Shown one piece after another: positions 1-10,048 of a stretch of 64,000 nucleotides of DNA (position 1 is the stretch's first letter; each line of letters starts with the position of its first letter). A program made the translations under genes and the position numbers. The DNA is from Acidimicrobiia bacterium (lineage in GTDB: Bacteria; Actinomycetota; Acidimicrobiia; Spongiisociales; ZC4RG35): the NCBI GenBank assembly GCA_046484325.1, contig JAWOJB010000024.1:26008-90007 (forward strand). Direction: 5' to 3'. Under the pieces are notes generated by a model. The model saw only the letters and a program-made list of their open reading frames with translations, had not been told where the DNA came from and ran no database searches.

Positions 1-395
1 TAGGGCCCGTCGGCGCCGAACGCCGAGACGACCGTGTAGATCACCGCCGGGTTGATCCGGCGAACGTCCTCCTCGCCCAGCCCCATCCGCTCCATCGCCC
101 CGAGCCGGAGGTTGTGGAGGAGCACGTCGGCAGAGGCGACGAGGTCACCGAGCCAGCGCCTGGCATCGGGATCCTTGGGCGAGAGGCACACCGAGCGCTT
201 GCCCCGATTCACCGCCATGAAGAAGGCCGACTCCCCGACGACGTAGGGGCCGAAACTCCGTCCCAGGTCGCCCGACGGCGGCTCCACCTTGACGACGTCG
301 GCACCCAGGTCGGCGAGCAGCATCCCGGCATAGGGGCCGGCGATGAGGTTGCCGAACTCGACGACGCGGATGCCGTCGAGGGGCCCGCCGGTCAT
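1..395 (-). CDS. CoA transferase family III (CaiB/BaiF-like), N-terminal part; the C-terminus runs off the window
   Basis: Reverse translation from ATG at 393-395 gives MTGGPLDGIRVVEFGNLIAGPYAGMLLADLGADVVKVEPP..., typical of family III CoA-transferases. No stop before position 1. Not in the ORF track because it is open-ended. Confidence 0.75.
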   Translation of the reverse strand, partial: MTGGPLDGIRVVEFGNLIAGPYAGMLLADLGADVVKVEPPSGDLGRSFGPYVVGESAFFMAVNRGKRSVCLSPKDPDARRWLGDLVASADVLLHNLRLGAMERMGLGEEDVRRINPAVIYTVVSAFGADGP

Positions 396-480
396 GGGCG
401 GAGCCCCGGGGACGGACCGATCCGTTCGAACCGTGGGCCGGGGACCACACTCAGTGTGTTCACCAACCCTGGGTTACTCC

Positions 481-1689
481 TCACACCGCCTCCACCGTCA
501 GGGCGATGCCCTGGCCCACGCCGATGCACATCGTGGCCAGGCCGCGGTGGGCCCTCCGCCGTTGCATTTCGTGGACCAGGGTGGTGAGGATGCGGGCCCC
601 CGAGCAGCCGAGCGGATGGCCGAGGGCGATGGCGCCTCCGTTCACGTTTACGATCGCCGGGTCGAGGCCGAGCTCGCGGATGCAGGCCAGCGACTGGGCG
701 GCGAACGCCTCGTTGAGCTCGACGAGGTCGAGATGGTCGACGCTCCAGCCGCTGCGCTCGAGCGCCTTCCGGGTGGCGGGCACGGGCCCGATCCCCATGA
801 CGTCGGGATGGACCCCGGCGGCGGCCGAGGCCACGATCCGGGCCATCGGCTCGAGGGCCTGCCGTTCGAGACCCGCCTCGGTCGCGAGCAGCAGCGCGGC
901 CGCCCCGTCGTTCATGGGCGAGGAGTTTCCGGCGGTCACCGTCCCGCCGTCCCGGAACACCGGGCGCAGAGCGGCCAGCGCCTCGAGCGAGGTGTCTGCT
1001 CGGGGCCCCTCGTCGACGTCGACGATCGCCACCTCCCTGCCTCGCGGGTCGCCGGGCGCCGCGAGCGGCAGGATCTCGGCGGCGAACCGCCCCACCTCGG
1101 TGGCCGCCACCGCCCGCCGGTGACTCCCGAGGGCGAAGACGTCCTGGTCCTCCCGTGACACCGCGTGGCGCTCGGCCACCTCCTCGGCCGTCTCGCCCAT
1201 CGCCAGGCACCCGTGGAGGGCCTGCATCCGGGGGTTGACGAGCCTCCAGCCGAGTGTGGTGTCGGCCACCTCGGGGGGGCCGGTGGCGAAGGCGACGGGG
1301 CGTTTGAGCATCACGTAGGGGGCCCGCGTCATCGACTCCGAGCCGCCCGCCACCATCACGTCACCCCAACCCTGGGCGAGGGCGTGAGTCGCCTGGGCGA
1401 CGGCCTGGAGACCCGAACCGCACAATCGGTTGACGGTGACGCCGGGCACCTCCACCGGGAGCCCGGCGAGCAGCGCCGCCATGCGGGCGACATTGCGGTT
1501 GTCCTCCCCCGCCTGGTTCGAGGCGCCCCACACCACGTCCTCCACCGCGGCAGGGTCGAGGTCCGGATGGCGCTCGAGCAGACCCCGGATGGCGTGGGCG
1601 GCGAGGTCGTCGGGCCGGACGTGGGCGAGACGGCCCCCGAGACGCCCCATCGGGGTGCGGGCGCCGTCGACGATGAACACGGCTTCCAT
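481..1689 (-). CDS. acetyl-CoA C-acetyltransferase / 3-ketoacyl-CoA thiolase
   Basis: ORF 481..1752. Internal start [16 protein letters not shown], thiolase motifs [11 protein letters not shown] and [20 protein letters not shown] at 1687-1689. Confidence 0.9.
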   Translation of the reverse strand: MEAVFIVDGARTPMGRLGGRLAHVRPDDLAAHAIRGLLERHPDLDPAAVEDVVWGASNQAGEDNRNVARMAALLAGLPVEVPGVTVNRLCGSGLQAVAQATHALAQGWGDVMVAGGSESMTRAPYVMLKRPVAFATGPPEVADTTLGWRLVNPRMQALHGCLAMGETAEEVAERHAVSREDQDVFALGSHRRAVAATEVGRFAAEILPLAAPGDPRGREVAIVDVDEGPRADTSLEALAALRPVFRDGGTVTAGNSSPMNDGAAALLLATEAGLERQALEPMARIVASAAAGVHPDVMGIGPVPATRKALERSGWSVDHLDLVELNEAFAAQSLACIRELGLDPAIVNVNGGAIALGHPLGCSGARILTTLVHEMQRRRAHRGLATMCIGVGQGIALTVEAV

Positions 1690-1779
1690 GTGCCCATCTT
1701 GGTCGCTCGGGACACGCTCTGTCCGGTACCCGGGCCTCGTCCCTATCGTCACGTCACCTTCCGCGAGGAGACCGACTCC

Positions 1780-3285
1780 ATGTTCCGCCGCCTCGGAGCC
1801 GCCGGCATGCTCGCCGCCCTGGCGGGCCTGGCCGCGGGAGAGCTCCTCGCCGGGCTGTTGGGGACGGCGGTGTCCCCGGTCGAGGCCATCGGCAACCTCG
1901 TGATCGACCTGGTGCCGCCCGCCGTCAAGGACCTCGCGATCTCGCTGTTCGGCACCCGTGACAAACCGGTTCTCATCCTCGGCATCGTCGCGATCACCGC
2001 AGGCCTCGGTTGGTGGGCGGGCACCCGGGCCGAACGCGGGCCGGCCGGAGCCGGCGGGGTGTTCGCCGGGGCGGCCGGTCTGGCGATGCTGGCGCTCGGC
2101 CGGGACCCGCGGGTTGGCTGGGTGCTCGCCGCGGTGGTGGCGGGGGCGTCGCTGCTGGTGGGGCTGGGAGTGCTCGTCGCCCTGCAGCGATCGGCGCGCG
2201 AGCCGGGCGAGGCCGACGAGGGTCGTCGAGGGTTCGTGCTCGGGGCCGGGGCCGTGCTCGGCCTGGTCCTCGTGGCCGCCGTCGGTGGCCGGGCGCTGCT
2301 GGAGCGGGGCAAGCGCTCACTGGCCGGACGCGACGGCATTCTCCTCCCGCCGGCCGCGATGCCTTCGGCACCCCCCCCGGAGGGCGCGTCGCTCGACGTC
2401 CCCGAGATCACCCCGATCGTCACCTCGAACGACGACTTCTTCCGGATCGACACCGCCCTCTCGGTCCCGGCGGTGGACCTCGAGGACTGGTCGCTGAGGG
2501 TGACCGGCATGGTCGACCGCGAGGTCGAGCTGACCTTCGCCGAGTTGCTGGACTTCGCATTGGAGGAGCACCACGTGACGCTCAGCTGCGTCTCCAACGA
2601 GGTGGGGGGCGACCTCGTCGGGACCGCTCTGTGGCTGGGGGTGCCCCTGCGGCGGGTGCTCGACCTGGCCGGGCCGGCGGCCGGTGCCGAACAGATCGTG
2701 GGGCGATCGGTCGACGGCTTCACGGTGGGGTTCCCGGTGCAGGCGGCGTACGACGGGCGCAACGCTCTCGTCGCGGTGGGGATGAACGGCGAGCCGCTGC
2801 CGTTCGAGCACGGCTTCCCGGCCCGCCTGGTGGTCGCCGGTCTCTACGGGTACGTCTCGGCCACCAAGTGGCTGGCCGAGCTCGAGCTGACCACCTGGGA
2901 CGGCTTCGACGCCTTCTGGGTGCCCAAGGGATGGTCGAAGGAGGCACCGGTCAAGACCCAGTCCCGGATCGACACCCCCCGGTCGGGCTCCGCCCTCGAC
3001 ACCTCCCCCCGGGCGGTCGCCGGGGTGGCGTGGGCCCCCGGCCGCGGGATCGCAGCCGTCGAGGTGAGGGTCGACGACGGGCCGTGGCGGCCTGCCGAGC
3101 TCTCCGTGTCCCTGTCGGACGACGCCTGGGTGCAGTGGCGGGTGCCATGGCGACCCGAGCCGGGGAACCACGTGATCCGGGTGCGGGCGACCGACGGGAC
3201 CGGCCAGACCCAGGATGAGGAAGTCCGTCGCCCCGCCCCGGACGGGGCGACCGGGTACCACACGGTGCGGGTGAGGGTGGCGTGA
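1780..3285 (+). CDS. membrane-anchored molybdopterin-dependent oxidoreductase (sulfite oxidase/MsrP-like)
   Basis: ORF 1165..3285 in frame. Real start [10 protein letters not shown] at 1780 is followed by TM helices and a Mo-binding domain ([31 protein letters not shown]). Upstream part of the ORF is antisense to the thiolase. Confidence 0.8.
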   Translation: MFRRLGAAGMLAALAGLAAGELLAGLLGTAVSPVEAIGNLVIDLVPPAVKDLAISLFGTRDKPVLILGIVAITAGLGWWAGTRAERGPAGAGGVFAGAAGLAMLALGRDPRVGWVLAAVVAGASLLVGLGVLVALQRSAREPGEADEGRRGFVLGAGAVLGLVLVAAVGGRALLERGKRSLAGRDGILLPPAAMPSAPPPEGASLDVPEITPIVTSNDDFFRIDTALSVPAVDLEDWSLRVTGMVDREVELTFAELLDFALEEHHVTLSCVSNEVGGDLVGTALWLGVPLRRVLDLAGPAAGAEQIVGRSVDGFTVGFPVQAAYDGRNALVAVGMNGEPLPFEHGFPARLVVAGLYGYVSATKWLAELELTTWDGFDAFWVPKGWSKEAPVKTQSRIDTPRSGSALDTSPRAVAGVAWAPGRGIAAVEVRVDDGPWRPAELSVSLSDDAWVQWRVPWRPEPGNHVIRVRATDGTGQTQDEEVRRPAPDGATGYHTVRVRVA

Positions 3286-3908
3286 CCGGCGGGCTGGTCA
3301 CCGGCGATGACGGGATCGTCCGCTGCTGGTGGGCGGCCGAGCCCGCCGAGTACCGCGTGTACCACGACGGCGAGTGGGGCCGGGCGTCGGTCGACGACCG
3401 CGCGCTCTTCGAGAAGCTCTGCCTCGAGGGATTTCAGGCCGGGCTTTCGTGGCTCACGATCCTCCGCAAGCGGGAGGCGTTCCGGTCGGCCTTCGCCGGC
3501 TTCGAGCCCGCTCGGTTGGCCGGATTCGGCGATCAGGACGTCCGCCGGTTGCTGGGTGACGCCGGCATCGTGCGCCACGAGGGCAAGATCCGGTCCGCCG
3601 TCAACAACGCCACCCGGCTCGTCGAACTGCGGGAGGAGGGCGGCTCGCTGGCCGGGCTCGCCTGGTCCTACGCCGATCCTCCCGGCCTGCCACCGAACGA
3701 GCTCGCGGCCACCACTCCTGCCTCGACTGCCCTGTCGAAGGAGCTCAAGCGGCGCGGCTGGACCTTCGTCGGGCCGACGACCGTGTATGCGTTCATGCAG
3801 GCGATGGGCCTCGTCGGGGACCACCTCGACGGCTGCCATGCCCGGGAGGCGGCCGAGGCAAGTCGCCGGCGGGTGTGGGCCACCCGTCCGGGTGGTCTCG
3901 GGGGGTAA
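3282..3908 (+). CDS. tag: DNA-3-methyladenine glycosylase I
   Basis: GTG start overlaps the previous stop (GTGA). YHDGEWG, FEKLCLEGFQAGLSWLTILRKRE and C-terminal Cys/His zinc motif are typical of Tag. Confidence 0.85.
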   Translation: MTGGLVTGDDGIVRCWWAAEPAEYRVYHDGEWGRASVDDRALFEKLCLEGFQAGLSWLTILRKREAFRSAFAGFEPARLAGFGDQDVRRLLGDAGIVRHEGKIRSAVNNATRLVELREEGGSLAGLAWSYADPPGLPPNELAATTPASTALSKELKRRGWTFVGPTTVYAFMQAMGLVGDHLDGCHAREAAEASRRRVWATRPGGLGG

Positions 3909-3936
3909 CGTCGCCGGACAGCACACCGGAGGTGCC

Positions 3937-5073
3937 ATGGGCCTGGCCAGGCCGAGCTTCACCATCGGGATCGAGGAGGAGTACCTTCTCGTCGATCGGT
4001 CCAACCGCAACCTGCTGGCCGACCCCGACCCCGAGATCTTCTCCACGTGCCGCAAGGAGCTGGGCGATCGGGTCGCCCCCGAGTTCCTGCGTGCCCAGAT
4101 CGAGGTGGGGACCCGACCCCACGCCTCCATCCAGGACCTGGCCGCCGACCTGGCGCATCTGCGCGGCACGGTGGGGAAGGCGGCGAGCGACCACGGGGCG
4201 GCGATCATCGCCGCCTCCACCCATCCGTTCGCTCTCTGGTGGGAGCAGCTCCCCACCGACCGCGATCGCTACCAGATGCTCGCAACCGACCTACAGATGG
4301 TGGCCCACCGTCTCGTGATCTGCGGGATGCACGTCCACGTCGAGATCGGCGACCCCGATCTCCGGATCGACCTCATGAACCAGATCCGGTACTTCCTCCC
4401 CCACCTGCTCGCCCTCTCGACGTCGTCGCCGTTCTGGGGAGGATGGAACACCGGGCTCAAGAGCTACCGGCTCAACGTGTTCCGGGCCCTCCCCCGCACC
4501 GGGCTCCCCGGCCACTTCGAGAGCTGGTCCGAGTACCGGCGCCATGTCGACGTGCTCGTCGGCGCCGGGATCATCGAGGACGCCACCAAGATCTGGTGGG
4601 ACGTCAGGCCGTCCGACCGGTACCCCACCCTCGAGATGCGCGTCTCCGACATCTGCACCCGGATGGAGGACGCCGTCACCATCGCCGCCGTCTACGCCTC
4701 CCTCCTGCACCTGCTGTACCGGCTCCGGACCCGGAACCAGCGCTGGCGCTCCTACGCCGACTTCCTCGTGGCCGAGAACATCTGGCGTGCGCAGCGGTAC
4801 GGGTCGCAGGGTTCGCTGATGGATTACGGGCAAGGCGAACTCGTCCCCTTCGTCGAGCTCGTAGACGAGCTCGTCGAGATGACCCTCCCGGACGCCGAGG
4901 AGCTCGGGTGTGTGGAGGAGGTGGCGAGAGTGCGCCGGATCGCCGCCGAGGGGACGAGCGCCGAGCGCCAGCTGGCCACCTACACCGCGGCGGTCGAGGG
5001 CGGCGCCGAGCGGGAGGTGGCCCTCGCCATGGTCGTGGACGAGCTCATCGCCGACACCTCCACCGGGGTGTGA
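3937..5073 (+). CDS. carboxylate-amine ligase (glutamate-cysteine ligase family 2, YbdK-like)
   Basis: ATG at 3937 preceded by GGAGG. N-terminus FTIGIEEEYLLVD and the HVHVEIGD motif are characteristic of GCS2/YbdK. Confidence 0.8.
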   Translation: MGLARPSFTIGIEEEYLLVDRSNRNLLADPDPEIFSTCRKELGDRVAPEFLRAQIEVGTRPHASIQDLAADLAHLRGTVGKAASDHGAAIIAASTHPFALWWEQLPTDRDRYQMLATDLQMVAHRLVICGMHVHVEIGDPDLRIDLMNQIRYFLPHLLALSTSSPFWGGWNTGLKSYRLNVFRALPRTGLPGHFESWSEYRRHVDVLVGAGIIEDATKIWWDVRPSDRYPTLEMRVSDICTRMEDAVTIAAVYASLLHLLYRLRTRNQRWRSYADFLVAENIWRAQRYGSQGSLMDYGQGELVPFVELVDELVEMTLPDAEELGCVEEVARVRRIAAEGTSAERQLATYTAAVEGGAEREVALAMVVDELIADTSTGV

Positions 5074-5083
5074 GCCGCACGCG

Positions 5084-5488
5084 TTACGCCTGCCAGCCCA
5101 CCAGGCGCTCGATCTCCACCAAGACCCAGGGCCCGGCCGGCGGGCGCTCACGGTACGGCGGGTAGCGCTCGGCCAGCGCGCGTGCTGGCTCGCTCCCGAT
5201 CGACTTCACGACGTTGCCGCGCCCTTCCGCCCGCACCCACCACAGCCGCTCCCAGTCCGAGTCCCAATGCTGTGCCAGCAGCGAAACCCGGGGGTCGGCG
5301 TCGATGTTGTCGAGCCGGTGGAGGCGGCGGGTGGTCTTGGGCTTCTGGTCGATCGGGGTGACGAGGGTCCGGGGACCGACCGGGGCGAACACGACCGGTA
5401 CCAGATCGGGGGCGCCGTCGGGGCCGATGGTGGCCAGAACCGCCACCTCGGAGGAACAGAACAGGTCCCAGGCACGGGCGGGTTCCAC
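5084..5488 (-). CDS. PPOX-class (pyridoxamine 5'-phosphate oxidase family) putative F420-dependent enzyme
   Basis: 134 aa. AVLATIGPDGAPDLVPVVF...TRRLHRLDNIDADPRVSLL pattern of the PPOX split-barrel family. Start uncertain (GTG). Confidence 0.65.
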   Translation of the reverse strand: MEPARAWDLFCSSEVAVLATIGPDGAPDLVPVVFAPVGPRTLVTPIDQKPKTTRRLHRLDNIDADPRVSLLAQHWDSDWERLWWVRAEGRGNVVKSIGSEPARALAERYPPYRERPPAGPWVLVEIERLVGWQA

Positions 5489-5517
5489 CGGTTCAGCCTA
5501 TGGCAGGATCCCGAATA

Positions 5518-5570
5518 CCATCGAGTGAACCTGAAGCGCCAATAGTTGGCGTCCCAGGTTCACTCGTTGC
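5518..5570. repeat. REP/MITE-like compound hairpin repeat, copy 1
   Basis: 12-bp arms cgagtgaacctg (5522-5533) and caggttcactcg (5555-5566) enclose an inner palindrome gccaatagttggc. Near-identical (~92%) to copy 2 at 6361-6413. Confidence 0.8.
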
Positions 5571-5584
5571 GACTTAGGCCTGAC

Positions 5585-6388
5585 ATGACCCGTTCCGTCC
5601 GCATCGCCGTCCAGCTCCATCCCCAGCACGCCGGATATCCCGACCTCCGGCGAGCGGTGCTCGGTGCCGAGGAGCTGGGTGTCGACATCGTCTACAACTG
5701 GGACCACTTCTTCCCGCTCTACGGGGACCCGGACGGCCGACACTTCGAGTGCTGGACGATGCTCGGCTCGTGGGCCGAGATCACCGAGCGGGTCGAGATC
5801 GGTGCCCTCGTCACCTGCAACTCGTACCGCAACCCCGAGCTGCTGGCCGACATGGCCCGGACCGTGGACCACATCTCGGACGGGCGGCTCATCCTCGGGG
5901 TCGGGTCTGGTTGGTTCGAGAAGGACTACGCGGAGTACGGCTACGAGTTCGGCACCGCCGGGGGGCGTCTCGATGCCCTGTCCGAGGCCCTGCCGCGGAT
6001 CGAGGCGAGGCTCGCCGCCCTCAACCCCGCCCCCACCCGCACGATCCCTATTCTCATCGGTGGTGGGGGCGAGAAGAAGACGCTCCGCCTCGTGGCCCGT
6101 CACGCCGACGCCTGGCACGGGTTCGGCAAGCCCGAGGTGATCCGGCACAAGCTGTCGGTGCTCGAGCGCCACTGTGCGGATCTCGGGCGGGACCCCGGCG
6201 AGATCGAGAAGTCGGTTGGGGTGGACGCGGCCCGGCTCGACCTCGGCGACGAGCTGCTCGCGCTCGGCATTACCCAGTTCACCATCGGCCGGAACGGTCC
6301 GGACTACGACCTCGGGCCGGTGGCCGACTGGGTGGCTTGGCGGGACGGGGTGAACAATGACCATCGAGTGAACCTGAAGGGCCAATAG
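5585..6388 (+). CDS. LLM-class F420-dependent oxidoreductase (luciferase-like monooxygenase family)
   Basis: Start MTRSVRIAVQL at 5585. WDHFFPLYGDPDG and ILGVGSGWFEKDYAEYGYEF are typical of the LLM family. The stop TAG lies in the loop of repeat copy 2. Confidence 0.85.
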   Translation: MTRSVRIAVQLHPQHAGYPDLRRAVLGAEELGVDIVYNWDHFFPLYGDPDGRHFECWTMLGSWAEITERVEIGALVTCNSYRNPELLADMARTVDHISDGRLILGVGSGWFEKDYAEYGYEFGTAGGRLDALSEALPRIEARLAALNPAPTRTIPILIGGGGEKKTLRLVARHADAWHGFGKPEVIRHKLSVLERHCADLGRDPGEIEKSVGVDAARLDLGDELLALGITQFTIGRNGPDYDLGPVADWVAWRDGVNNDHRVNLKGQ

Positions 6389-6413
6389 TTGGTGTTCCAG
6401 GTTCACTCGATGC
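6361..6413. repeat. REP/MITE-like compound hairpin repeat, copy 2
   Basis: Arms 6365-6376 and 6398-6409 with the same 21-nt loop spacing as copy 1. Contains the LLM stop codon. Confidence 0.8.
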
Positions 6414-6428
6414 GTCGTGGCGGCTGCT

Positions 6429-7478
6429 CTACTCCATCCCTCGCATGACCCGCTGGATTCGGCGCGACTCCTCGAGCACGAGCTCGAAGAGCCGGACCGC
6501 GTGGTCGGGGTTCACGCCCTGGGTCACCGCCTCCTGGCGGATCACGTCGAGCAGCTCGCGCTCCCTGGCCGGGATCTGGACGGGCATGTCCCGCTCCGCT
6601 TTGACCTCGCCGATCCGCACGGCCAGCTCCTGGCGCCGGGCCAGCATCCTTACGATCTCGCGGTCGATCAGGTCGATCCGGTTGCGAAGCCGGCTCACGC
6701 CGAGCGACACCATCAGCTCGTCGAACTGGGTCACGTCGAGCTGCCGTGGGCCCTCCGACCGGGCCGTATCGGGGTCGGGATGGACCTCGACGATGAGCCC
6801 GTCGGCCCCGACGCCCTGTGCGGCGAGGGCCAGCGGCGGCACTCGCGAGGCCCCGCCGGAGGCATGGCTGGGATCGACCACCACCGGGAGGTGGGAGCTC
6901 TCGCGGAGCATCGGCACCGACGAGATGTCGAGGGTGTCGGTGGACCCGTTGCCGAACGTGCGGATCCCCCGCTCGACCAGCACCACCTGGTCGTTTCCCT
7001 CCGCCAGCAGGTACTCGGCCGCCCACAGCCACTCGTCGATCGTCGCCGAGGGCCCCCGCCTCAGCAGGACCGGCTTCTCGGATCGGCCCGCCTCGCGTAG
7101 CAACTCGAAGTTCTGCATCGCGCCGGAGTGGATCTCGACCATGTCGATCGACTCGGTCACGACGGTGACATCCCGCGGCTCGAGCACCTGGGTCACGGTC
7201 GGCAGGCCGGCCCTGCGCCCGGCCTCGGCGAGCAGCCGGACCCCCTCGTCGCCCAGGCCGCGGAACGAGTAGGGGGAGCTCCCCGATTTGTAGGCGCCGC
7301 CACGGAGGACCGCGGCTCCCGCCTCGGCAACCGCCTCGGCGATCCGGTTGATCTGGCTCTCCGACTCGATCGCGCACGGGCCGGCAACGACCGGGAAAGG
7401 GTCGTGGCCGAAGCGGACGGTCCCCACGCCGACGACGGTCCGTCCGGCGGTCGATGATCGGGTGGCTTTTCTCTCCAT
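6429..7478 (-). CDS. 3-deoxy-7-phosphoheptulonate (DAHP) synthase, type I-beta, with C-terminal chorismate mutase (AroQ) domain
   Basis: VVAGPCAIES and VDPSH core of KDO8P-like DAHPS. C-terminal NRIDLIDREIVRMLARRQELAVRIGEVK is an AroQ chorismate mutase helix. Confidence 0.85.
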   Translation of the reverse strand: MERKATRSSTAGRTVVGVGTVRFGHDPFPVVAGPCAIESESQINRIAEAVAEAGAAVLRGGAYKSGSSPYSFRGLGDEGVRLLAEAGRRAGLPTVTQVLEPRDVTVVTESIDMVEIHSGAMQNFELLREAGRSEKPVLLRRGPSATIDEWLWAAEYLLAEGNDQVVLVERGIRTFGNGSTDTLDISSVPMLRESSHLPVVVDPSHASGGASRVPPLALAAQGVGADGLIVEVHPDPDTARSEGPRQLDVTQFDELMVSLGVSRLRNRIDLIDREIVRMLARRQELAVRIGEVKAERDMPVQIPARERELLDVIRQEAVTQGVNPDHAVRLFELVLEESRRIQRVMRGME

Positions 7479-7519
7479 GTTTCGGCTCCTGGCGATGTTC
7501 TGGCCGGGGCCCGGGGCAA

Positions 7520-7548
7520 CGAAAAACCCGGAGCCCTCGGCTCCGGGT
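7520..7548 (-). terminator. intrinsic terminator (GC hairpin plus T-tract on minus strand)
   Basis: Perfect palindrome cccggagccctcggctccggg (7527-7547) followed on the minus strand by TTTTT (plus aaaaa 7522-7526). Lies downstream of the MBL-rhodanese gene and upstream of the DAHPS gene. Confidence 0.6.
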
Positions 7549-7655
7549 CGGTGCTGCGCTGGTGTCGTCGGTCGCGCTACGCCGTCCCGGGCCGGGGCCC
7601 GGCAAAGACGAAGGCGTAGAGGTAGGTGGACCGAACGGACATGTGGCCGGGGACG

Positions 7656-9029
7656 CTACTCGGGCAGGCGGGCGACCGCAAGGTCTGCCAGATGCCGGCG
7701 GACCTCGTCGACCCCCGCCTCGATGAGCACCACCGGACGGATGCCATGGCGCTCGAGCAGGGACGCGGCGAATGCCGAGCGGTAGCCGCTCGCGCACGCC
7801 ACCCATACCGGGCGACCCGGGTCGATCCCGTCGGGGAGCGGTCCGAGCAGGTCGGGCACGTAGCGGTGCAGACTTCCCTCCAGCCAGCCCTGCTCCCACT
7901 CTCCCGGCGAGCGGACGTCGAGGATCTGCTCACCCCGCCCGACCGCCTCCCCGAACCCGGCCACGTCGACGGTGTCGAACGAGGCCAGGGGAAGTCCGGC
8001 GGCAGCCCAGGCCTCCAGCCCCCACATCACCCCGCGGACGTCCTCGAACCCGATGCGTGCCAGCTGGACGACCGCCTCATCGAGATCCTGGCCTGCTTCG
8101 AGCACGAGGGCGATGGGGCCGTTGAAGGGGAGCAGCCAGCCGGCCCACGTGCCGAAGTCGTCTCGCAGCTCGAGGCCGAGTGACCCGGGGACATGACCTG
8201 CGGCGTGGACGCGGCGGGGACGGGCATCGACCAGCGTCACCTCGGCGGGGAGCGAGCGTATGTCGTCGACTGTCAGCTCGGGGATCACCGTCTCCGGCAT
8301 CGGGGCCGGCCCCATCAGGTTGATCGGCCCCATGCGGGCGTAGTAGACGGGATACGGTTGGAGGCCGGTGAGCTGGCCGGCGACGAAGGCGTCCTCGTCC
8401 GGGTAGGCGAGCACCGGGTTGGTCCGCCGCTCCTCGCCGATGGTCGACACGGTTCGGCCGGCCCCGCCGGCGGTGCAGAAGGATCCCTCTCCGTGGGTGG
8501 GGAAGAGCCCGAGGTGGTCGGGCAGGCCGGCGAGCCGGTGGACCGACCGGTACTGGAGCCTCACCAGCGAGTCCGCCCGGTCCGATCCGAGCAGGTCGGG
8601 CCGGCCGGCCGAGCCGACGAGCAGGCTCCCCCCGCTGAAGACGGCCACGGGCTCACCGCCGACGAGGACCAGGTAGCTCGTGTGCTCGGGGGTGTGCCCG
8701 GGGGTGTGGATGGGCCGCACGGCGAGGTCGTCGTCGCCGAGGTCCTCCAGGTGGAAGGCCGGCGTGTGGCGGAAGGCCGCCCCCGCCGCCGCCGGCAGGA
8801 CGAGCTCCGCCCCGGTCTGCGCCGCCAGCGCCAGGCCTCCCGACACGTAGTCGTTGTGAAGGTGGGTCTCGAGGACGAACCGGATGGCCGCCCCGGCTCG
8901 CTCCGCCGGCTCGAGGAACCGCCCGAGGTCGCGCTGGGGGTCGACGACCACCGCCCGATCCCCGTGGATCAGGAGATAGGTGGCATCGCCGAGCCCGGGG
9001 GTGCGGATCGTCTGTATGTCAACGGTCAT
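7656..9029 (-). CDS. MBL-fold metallo-hydrolase fused to two rhodanese domains
   Basis: HLHNDYVSG metal motif and HTPGHTPEH. Second rhodanese domain has active-site Cys loop VACASGYRS. Confidence 0.8.
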   Translation of the reverse strand: MTVDIQTIRTPGLGDATYLLIHGDRAVVVDPQRDLGRFLEPAERAGAAIRFVLETHLHNDYVSGGLALAAQTGAELVLPAAAGAAFRHTPAFHLEDLGDDDLAVRPIHTPGHTPEHTSYLVLVGGEPVAVFSGGSLLVGSAGRPDLLGSDRADSLVRLQYRSVHRLAGLPDHLGLFPTHGEGSFCTAGGAGRTVSTIGEERRTNPVLAYPDEDAFVAGQLTGLQPYPVYYARMGPINLMGPAPMPETVIPELTVDDIRSLPAEVTLVDARPRRVHAAGHVPGSLGLELRDDFGTWAGWLLPFNGPIALVLEAGQDLDEAVVQLARIGFEDVRGVMWGLEAWAAAGLPLASFDTVDVAGFGEAVGRGEQILDVRSPGEWEQGWLEGSLHRYVPDLLGPLPDGIDPGRPVWVACASGYRSAFAASLLERHGIRPVVLIEAGVDEVRRHLADLAVARLPE

Positions 9030-9044
9030 CGTGGCCCTCCTGGA

Positions 9045-9947
9045 TTAGCCAACGAGCACGTCCACCACCATCGCCCCGAAGAGGGCGGCCAGGTACACCG
9101 TCGAGAAGGCGAAGAGGGCCATCGCCCGCTCCGGCCGCCGGATCACACGGACCGACTCCACGAGGAACCATCCGCCGAGCACGAGGGCGGCGAGGAGGTA
9201 CGGCCAGCGGAGGCCGGCCACCGGCACGAGGGCCAGCGAGAAGAGGATCATGACCGCCGTGTAGGCCAGCATCTGGCGGGTGGTGGCCGCCACACCCCGA
9301 GTCACCGGCAGCATCGGGACCCCGGCGGCCGCGTAGTCCTGCTCGTAACGGAGAGCGAGCGCCCAGAAGTGGGGCGGGGTCCAGGTGAAGACGATCGCGA
9401 ACATGATCCAGGCGGGCAGGTCGATGCCCCCGGTCACCGCCGCCCATCCGACGAGGACCGGGGCGGCGCCGGCCGCCCCTCCGATGACGATGTTCTGGTC
9501 GGTGCTCCGCTTCAACCAGCGGGTGTAGACGAACACATAGAAGAGCAGGGCGGCCGTCGAGATGAGGCCGGCGAGCAGGTTCGTGGTCGCCCACAGCACG
9601 GCGAAGCCGGCCGCCCCCAGCGCCCAGCCGAACCACACGGCCTTGCGGGGGTCGATCCGGTGCCGGGGGAGCGGCCGCCGCGAGGTCCTTCGCATCACCT
9701 CGTCGATGTCCCGGTCGTAGTAGCTGTTGAGGGCGTTGGCGCCTCCTGCCGACAGGGTGCCGCCCAGCAGGGTGGCGAGAACCAGCCAGGTGGCGGGCCA
9801 CCCCCCGGCAGCCAGCACCATCGCCGGGACCGTCGTGATGAGCAGCAGCTCGATGATCCGGGGCTTGGTGAGGGCGACGTAGGCGCCGACCACGGCCGCC
9901 GGGCCCGGCGGTGACGTCCTCGGGTCGACGACCAGCGGAGAGTCCAT
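9045..9947 (-). CDS. ctaB: protoheme IX farnesyltransferase (heme O synthase)
   Basis: YVALTKPRI and NSYYDRDID motifs, multi-TM. Divergent from ctaC. Confidence 0.9.
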   Translation of the reverse strand: MDSPLVVDPRTSPPGPAAVVGAYVALTKPRIIELLLITTVPAMVLAAGGWPATWLVLATLLGGTLSAGGANALNSYYDRDIDEVMRRTSRRPLPRHRIDPRKAVWFGWALGAAGFAVLWATTNLLAGLISTAALLFYVFVYTRWLKRSTDQNIVIGGAAGAAPVLVGWAAVTGGIDLPAWIMFAIVFTWTPPHFWALALRYEQDYAAAGVPMLPVTRGVAATTRQMLAYTAVMILFSLALVPVAGLRWPYLLAALVLGGWFLVESVRVIRRPERAMALFAFSTVYLAALFGAMVVDVLVG

Positions 9948-10048
9948 GGGTGGGAGGTTACTGCCGGCCGGGGGCTGCTCCCCGGGCCCGGGCCGGCCCG
10001 GGCGGGCGGTTGGTGGTCCTCCCGGCCCGCCCGTATGATGCCGCCCGG

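Noticed and set aside
392-1210. Arg/Gly-rich ORFs 392..1210(-), 343..1158(+), 506..1123(+)
   Set aside because: Alternative frames over thiolase and CoA-transferase coding sequence. Low-complexity RG/PR composition typical of high-GC off-frames.
1165-1779. 5' part of ORF 1165..3285 ([14 protein letters not shown]...)
   Set aside because: Antisense to the thiolase gene. The real Mo-oxidoreductase starts at 1780 (MFRRLG with TM helices).
5498-6406. 302-aa minus-strand ORF spanning the LLM gene
   Set aside because: Antisense of a well-supported LLM CDS. Both its ends are created by the inverted-repeat element copies.
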